From assembly GCA_012295275.1 (NCBI GenBank), contig CM022674.1, positions 11,656,001 to 11,720,000 of the forward strand: 64,000 nucleotides of DNA. Direction: 5' to 3'. Numbering within the stretch: the first letter of the stretch is position 1; each line of letters starts with the position of its first letter. The stretch comes from Chrysomallon squamiferum. Its lineage: Eukaryota > Animalia > Mollusca. The notes beneath the pieces were generated by a model. That model saw nothing but the letters and a program-made list of their open reading frames with translations, was not told the origin of the DNA and ran no database searches. Of the stretch, positions 57,301 through 64,000 are shown in pieces. The position numbers were made by a program, and so were the translations under genes.

Positions 57301-58019
57301 CATATCGAATCGCTCATATCATCTTGCCTCTCACCAGCTCGACACAAATGTTGAAGAATTGTGTCTTGTTTTGTCTGACACCCACTTGTGATGAAAATGT
57401 CACAGAAAATTGAATTTCATATCAAATTTCTTCTTTTTCCCCTCTGAAGATAAATTTATTAAAATATCAAGTGTTGAAGAATTCAGATAAATGTCATGGA
57501 GCAAATATATTTATTTTTTATTTTATTATTCTTCTTTTTTTTACTTCTGCATGTTTAATTGATATTTAAATTTGTTTTAATTTGCTTTGTTTTTTTTTTA
57601 AATTTTAATTGTTGTTTTTTTATTCTAATTTTAAATTCAATTTATTTATTTTTTTAATTAAATTTTACTTTTATTTTTAATTTTATTTTAAGTTTTAATT
57701 TCTAAAACTTTTATGTATTTCTTTATATTTTATTTTACTGTTAATTTCAATTTCCTGTTAATTTTTGGGAGGGGGCTTTGATCATTACAAGATTCCCACC
57801 CCAAATTCAGGAAAATTTATTAAATTTATTAAACTTGTTCTGACTAAGATTATAACTTTTACTATGTGATTATGATTTATGTGAAAAGGAAAATACTAAA
57901 ATATTGTAACTTAAAAAAATATTTATAAATAAAACTTCCTTAAGAAAAAATAAATTATGTTAAGAAAATACATAGCTACACATACATATATATTATATAT
58001 ATACACACATACACATATT

Positions 58020-58057
<38 letters not shown>

Positions 58058-58583
58058 AATGTTTTATTTAAGAACGATACATGTTTAGATATTTTACAGC
58101 ACTCTGCAGACTAACACAAGTTTTACTGTAACACGTTTATGGCGACACTGTTTGTCTATTTCTGTAAAACCAACAACAATTACTGATTTTTCATTATTTA
58201 ATAATGAATGAGGTCTGTTATGAAAACAGCCCAGTTCGTAATAAAACATTTATTTTGATGAGAAAACATTTTTCTTACTTACTCTATCGACAACCGCCAT
58301 CTGTAACTATTGAAAATAGGAATGTCTAAAAATAGAATTCTACGTCTGTCAGTGGTCTAGTTAAGTTGTTCGGGGAGTAAAAACCACACTGTCTAGACGA
58401 GTTTGTTTAGTACTTTACTATATTTGTGAATTTAGAAAAATCAAGAAATAAGCACAATAATAAATCATTATGATGATTATTATTATTATCAGTTAAAGAT
58501 TTCGTACACAATATTTCAAAATCCGAAAGGCTTCGAAATCTGAAAACTTTTTCTCAACAGAAGAAATGCGTATATCAGATTAT

Positions 58584-58636
<53 letters not shown>

Positions 58637-59569
58637 CTTGTACAAAATTATTAAAAGTCTATGAGTATAATCTATATATAAAGTATAAATGGAATCTGTA
58701 TTTAGACTTAGATCCTATTCTTAGGTTGTCTCTTTATAATTATGCCAAAATCTTTAAAAGTTAGAAATCTGAAACACATCAGTCCAAAGCATTTTGAAAA
58801 AGGATGAATAAACCTGTATTATTATCATAATCATCATCGTCATCATCATCATCATCGTCATCATTATTATTATTGTAATCATCATCATCATTATTATTAT
58901 TGTAATCATCATCATCATCATTTTCATTATTATTATTATTATTCAGAAATGTCAACATATTTTCATATTAACAGCAGTTGTGTTAATATTCCTGTAATAC
59001 AGGTATTTGATTGGGAAATTTACTAATTATCTTTCACTTATTTTTTTTTTTTATTTTTTTTTTTTTTTTTTTTTTGATTTCATTGATTGCTTGTTTATTT
59101 CTTTTTCTTCTTCATCTTCTTTTTTTTTTATTTATTTATCTGTTTATTTATTTACTTGTTTATCTAGTTTGTTTTGTGTTTTTTTGCTTTCTTTTCATTG
59201 ATTTTTATTTTAATTATTTTTTGTTAGTAACATTTTTTTGTTCATTCTTTTGCTGCTTTTTTTTCCATAATTATTTCCAGTTCTTTTTTTCTTCTTTTTT
59301 TCTTCTTTTCTTTTGTTGTTTTTGCAGACTTGTCGTCTGCTCTGCTGTACCTCTGTGTAATGAAAAACAAATATGTACATTTTAATGTCATCCAGAGATA
59401 AATTTGTTTTCATGTTTTTACAGCATAAACAAATTTAATTTGTTATTTTTTTTTATTATTATTTTTTTTTGTATTGTTGTTTTTCTTCTCTTTCTTTGTA
59501 ATGACATGGTTTTTATTAATGCTGTTGTGTTTAAATTAATTAATTATTTATTTTATCCTTTATTTATTA

Positions 59570-59607
<38 letters not shown>

Positions 59608-59629
59608 AGCATTATTTTTCTTCTTCTTC

Positions 59630-59687
<58 letters not shown>

Positions 59688-60604
59688 CTAACTTCATCAT
59701 CATAATTGTTATATTCACTACAGTTATTATTAATAGTAGTAGTAGTAGTATCAATAATGTTAGCAGCAGCAGAAGCAGTAATAGTAGTAGTAATGTTGGT
59801 GGTAATAACAGAGTAGTAGTAGTAGTTGTTGCTGTAGATGTGGTACTACTAGTAGAAGAAGTTTTAATTTTTAAAATTTTCTTTCGTTTTTTTATTTCTT
59901 TATTTATATTTTTTATTATTTATATTATTTTTTCTTCTTATTATTATTAGTATTATCTCTACATTTGTAAACATGTTTGCAGATATTTTTATTAAAAACT
60001 AAATCCACTGTTGATGCTTAAATTTATACTTCTGATTATTAGCACATATGAACAGATAATCAGTTTTAAGCAGTTGAATATATACATGTATGTTTTGATC
60101 TGTGTTTCTCAGAAAGTAAAACAAAATGCAGAAGAAAACTGCAGACAATGAAAACATTAATCTTTTATCCAATTTCACAGTTCGGTGAAAACCAGACATT
60201 TGTGTGAAGCACAAGAAAATTATTTGTAATAATTACTTAATACATTTTACTTTTGTATGTGTCTGTAAAATATCTTTGTTTCTGGCTGTATCTGTCAATT
60301 ATTAAATAATAGAAAAGATACTTTGTAATTATCTGTATGTCAGTTAATTACATAATATGTTTAACTTTTCTATCTGTATTTGTAATAATTACTTAAATAC
60401 ATAGTATGTGTTTAGTTTAAAGTGCAATGTGTTTGTGTATGGTTGTCTGTGTGTCCATTTGTAACAGGTAACAGGTTTATTTTTTTGTTTATGTGAATGA
60501 GTATGTAATGTTAATGTGTTTTTGTTTCTGTTATAATTACTTATATAACACTTGTTTATATTTTTATTTGTAATAGTTATGTATGTTTGTTTATACTGTG
60601 AAGT

Positions 60605-62865
60605 AGTGTAGGTGCAAGTTAAAATGACGTTGGTACAGTCTAGGACTTTGTTAAAATGACATTGGTACAGTCTATGTGTATGCTAAAGTAACATTGGTAC
60701 AGTCTAGGTATTTATTAAAATGACATTGGTACAGTGTAGGTGTTTGTTAAAATGGCGCTGATATAGTGTTAGTGTTTGTTAAAATGACATTGGTACAGTC
60801 TAGGTCTTTGTTAAAAGGACACTGGTACAGTCTAGGTCTTTGTTAAATATACATTGGTACAGTCTAGATACTTTTGTTTTAAATGACATTGGTACAGTCT
60901 AGGTATTTTGTTAAAATGACAATGATACAGTCTAGGACTTTGTTAAAATGACATTGGTACAGTGTAGGTCGTTTGTTAAAATGACATTGATAAAGTCTAG
61001 GTCTTTGTTAAAATGACATTGGTACAGTGTAGGTCTTTGTTAAATGTACATTGATATAATCTATGTCTTTTGTTAAAATGACATTGGTACAGTGTAGGTC
61101 GTTTGTTAAAATGACATTGATACAGTCCAGGTATTTTGTTACAATGACACTGATACAGTGTAGGTCTTTGTTATAATAACATTGGTATAGTCTAGGTCTT
61201 TTGTTAAAATGACATTAATACAGTTTAGGTCTTTTGTTAAAATGACATTGATACAGTCTAGGTTTTTTGTTAAAAGGACATTGGTACAGTCTAGGTCTTT
61301 TGTTTAAAATGACATTGATACAGTCTAGGTCTTTTGTTTAAAATGACATTGATACAGTCTAGGTCTTTTGTTAAAATGACATTGATACAGTCTAGGTCTT
61401 TTGTTAAAATGACATTGATACAGTCTAGGTCTTTTGTTAAAATGACATTAATACAGTCTAGGTCTTTTTTTTTAAAATGTACAGTCTAGGTATTTTGTTA
61501 AAAGGACATTGATACAGTCTAGGTCTTTTTGTTAAAATGACATTGATACAGTCTAGGTCTTTTCTTTTTAAAATGACATTGATACAGTCTAGGTCTAAGT
61601 TTTTTTGTTAAAGGACATTGATACAGTCTAGGTCTTTTGTTAAAATGACATTGATACAGTCTAGGTCTTTTGTTAAAAGGACATTGATACAGTCTAGGTA
61701 TTTTGTTAAAATGACATTGATACAGTCTAGGTCTTTTGTTAAAATGACATTGATACAGTGTAGGTCTTTTGTTAAAATGACATTGATACAGTCTAGGTAT
61801 TTTTTTTGTTAAAATGACATTGATACAGTCTAGGTCTTTTGTTAAAATGACATTAATACAGTCTATTTTGTTAAAAGGACATTGATACAGTCTAGGTCTT
61901 TTGTTAAAAGGACATTGATACAGTCTAGGTCTTTTGTTAAAAGGACATTGGTACAGTCTACGTCTTTTGTTTAAAATGACATTAATACAGTCTAGGTATT
62001 TTGTTTAAAAGGACATTGATACAGTCTAGGTCTTTTGTTAAAATGACATTGATACAGTCTATGGTCTTTTGTTAAAAGGACATTAATACAGTCTAGGTAT
62101 TTTGTTAAAAGGACATTGATACAGTCTAGGTCTTTTGTTAAAATGACATTGATACAGTCTAGGTCTTTTGTTAAAAGGACATTAATACAGTCTAGGTATT
62201 TTGTTAAAAGGACATTAATACAGTCTAGGTCTTTTGTTAAAATGACATTGATACAGTCTAGGTCTTTTGTTAAAAGGACATTGATACAGTCTAGGTCTTT
62301 TGTTTAAAATGACATTGATACAGTCTAGGTCTTTTGTTTAAAATGACATTGATACAGTCTATGTCTTTTGTTAAAATGACATTAATACAGTCTAGGTATT
62401 TTGTTAAAAAGGACATTAATACAGTCTAGGTCTTTTGTTAGAATGACATTGATACAGTCTAGGTCTTTTGTTAAAAGGACATTGATACAGTCTAGGTCTT
62501 TTTTGTTAAAAGGACATTGATACAGTCTAGGTCTTTTGTTAAAAGGACATTGATACAGTCTAGGTCTTTTGTTAAAAGGACATTGATACAGTCTATGTCT
62601 TTTGTTAAAATGACATTGATACAGTCTAGGTATTTTGTTTAAAAGGACATTAATACAGTCTAGGTTAAATTTTGTTAGGTCTTTTGTTGACATTGATACA
62701 GTCTAGGTCTTTTGTTAAAAGGACATTGATACAGTCTAGGTCTTTTGTTAAAATGACATTGATACAGTCTACGTCTTTTGTTAAAATGACATTGATACAG
62801 TCTAGCTCTTTGTTAAAAAGGACCTTGGTACAGTCTAAGTGTTAAAATGACACTCATATAGTCTT
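60605..62865 (-). repeat. 33-bp tandem satellite, inverted copy, ~2.3 kb
   Basis: Unit aaaatgacattgatacagtctaggtcttttgtt. Confidence 0.98.
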
Positions 62866-62871
62866 AAAGTA

Positions 62872-63583
62872 CAGTGGTACTTTGTCTTACGAGTTGAATT
62901 CCTTCTGTCACCGAGCTCGTAACTCAGTTTGCTCGTATATCAAATCAATTTTACCATTTGAAATTAATTGAAGTACCATTAATCCGTTCAGCCATCAAAA
63001 ACCATCCCAATTTTTTGTAACATGTATTTAAATAAGAAAAATGAGTGTATAAATATTGTATAAAAAAAAAAAAATAAAAAAAAGAGAATGTAAAGAAGTA
63101 AATTAATTTTGTAAAGTGTACAGGATTAGGGATTCTCCATCTTTTCATGGACAGAGGTCTGCAGCTTAGAAATTATTTTAATGCCTTTATCGACTCCTTC
63201 TGATTCCGTATGGTACATATCATAGAAGTGGTACACTCATACTGCCTAGCCATGTTGACTACATGCACACCGTGCTCATGTTTTTCTATGATTTGATGCT
63301 TTAATTCCGTTTCTCCTTCTCAGTACTGTCCTTTGCACTAACTTTCTTAGGATCCATGGAAATTTGGCAAAACAGTGCACAAAACAAGAGCACAACACAA
63401 CAGAGATGCTTCCATGGCGAGGTAACAAGTAGGACACAGGATGCTGCTGTGTTGTTCGCTGCACCAACTAGTGGTGGCGTATTTGAAGCTCCCTTGTAAC
63501 TCGGATTTTAGCTCGGAACTCAAAGCAAAAATCAACCGGCAGCCTGCTTGTAACTCGAAAAACTCATAACTCAAGGTACCATG
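62872..63583 (-). mobile_element. Mirror copy of the Tigger/pogo remnant
   Basis: ta-cagtggtactttg ... caaggtaccatg-ta; reverse complement of 36169-36879 with a few substitutions. Confidence 0.9.
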
Positions 63584-64000
63584 TATTTGTTAAAATACCA
63601 TTGATACAGTCAAGATATATGTTAAAAAGACAGTGATACAGTGTAGATGCATGTTAAAATGACGCTGATACAGTCTAGGTATAATTAGTACATTTCTTGT
63701 TTTGTACTTTGTAACGGTATTTATCCTAAAGATGGGAAACTAACCAATTACATATGAATTACTTAAACAGACATAATCTCATTTCCACACTTGTTTACAG
63801 ATCAAACCAGAGTTGCCTACCCTGACACCTGATTAATTTAATATTAAATTGTCTAGCTCTCATCCTATTGAAGGGAAGGTATATGTAAAAAGACAGGTTT
63901 GCATTAAGATCAGCCACAAAAATTGCCATGATGATGAAGAAACGCTGTTTTCTTTTCACCTAAACATGGGTTGTAAAAGTCTGGGGTCAGTGCTATCCTA

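Larger units (their letters stand above)
53655..64000 (-). repeat. Right arm of the inverted duplication, probably continuing beyond the window
   Basis: Window end ...gtgctatccta is the reverse complement of taggatagcac at 35753; the inner end atgttagagaaaatt mirrors 48641-48655. Confidence 0.97.

Overview
AT-rich, microsatellite-dense animal genomic DNA, most consistent with a mollusc (inferred from the EGF-EGF-ZP gene type). Almost all ORF-track entries are simple-repeat artefacts. (1) A minus-strand gene with 19 coding exons (5085-18506, ~897 aa) reads signal peptide-EGF-EGF-ZP-N-ZP-C(start)-[linker+4 SRCR]-ZP-C(rest)-furin site-TM. The SRCR cassette sits inside the ZP-C domain and can be skipped in frame. 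(2) A probable further gene starts near 1.7 kb on the minus strand. (3) Co-linear remnants of a decayed tandem paralog lie at ~25.2-32.8 kb. (4) A ~4.3 kb degraded parvovirus-like endogenous viral element (EVE; 28.3-32.65 kb) has capsid before HUH-NS1 and a nonanucleotide stem-loop at its left end. It abuts a copy of the host gene's upstream region that would transcribe it antisense. (5) A large inverted duplication has arms 35753-48655 and 53655-64000+ around a 5 kb spacer, and carries 33-bp satellite arrays and a Tigger remnant. Tc1 and LINE fragments and several minisatellites are also present. All splice models and homologies were read by eye and have not been checked by database search.
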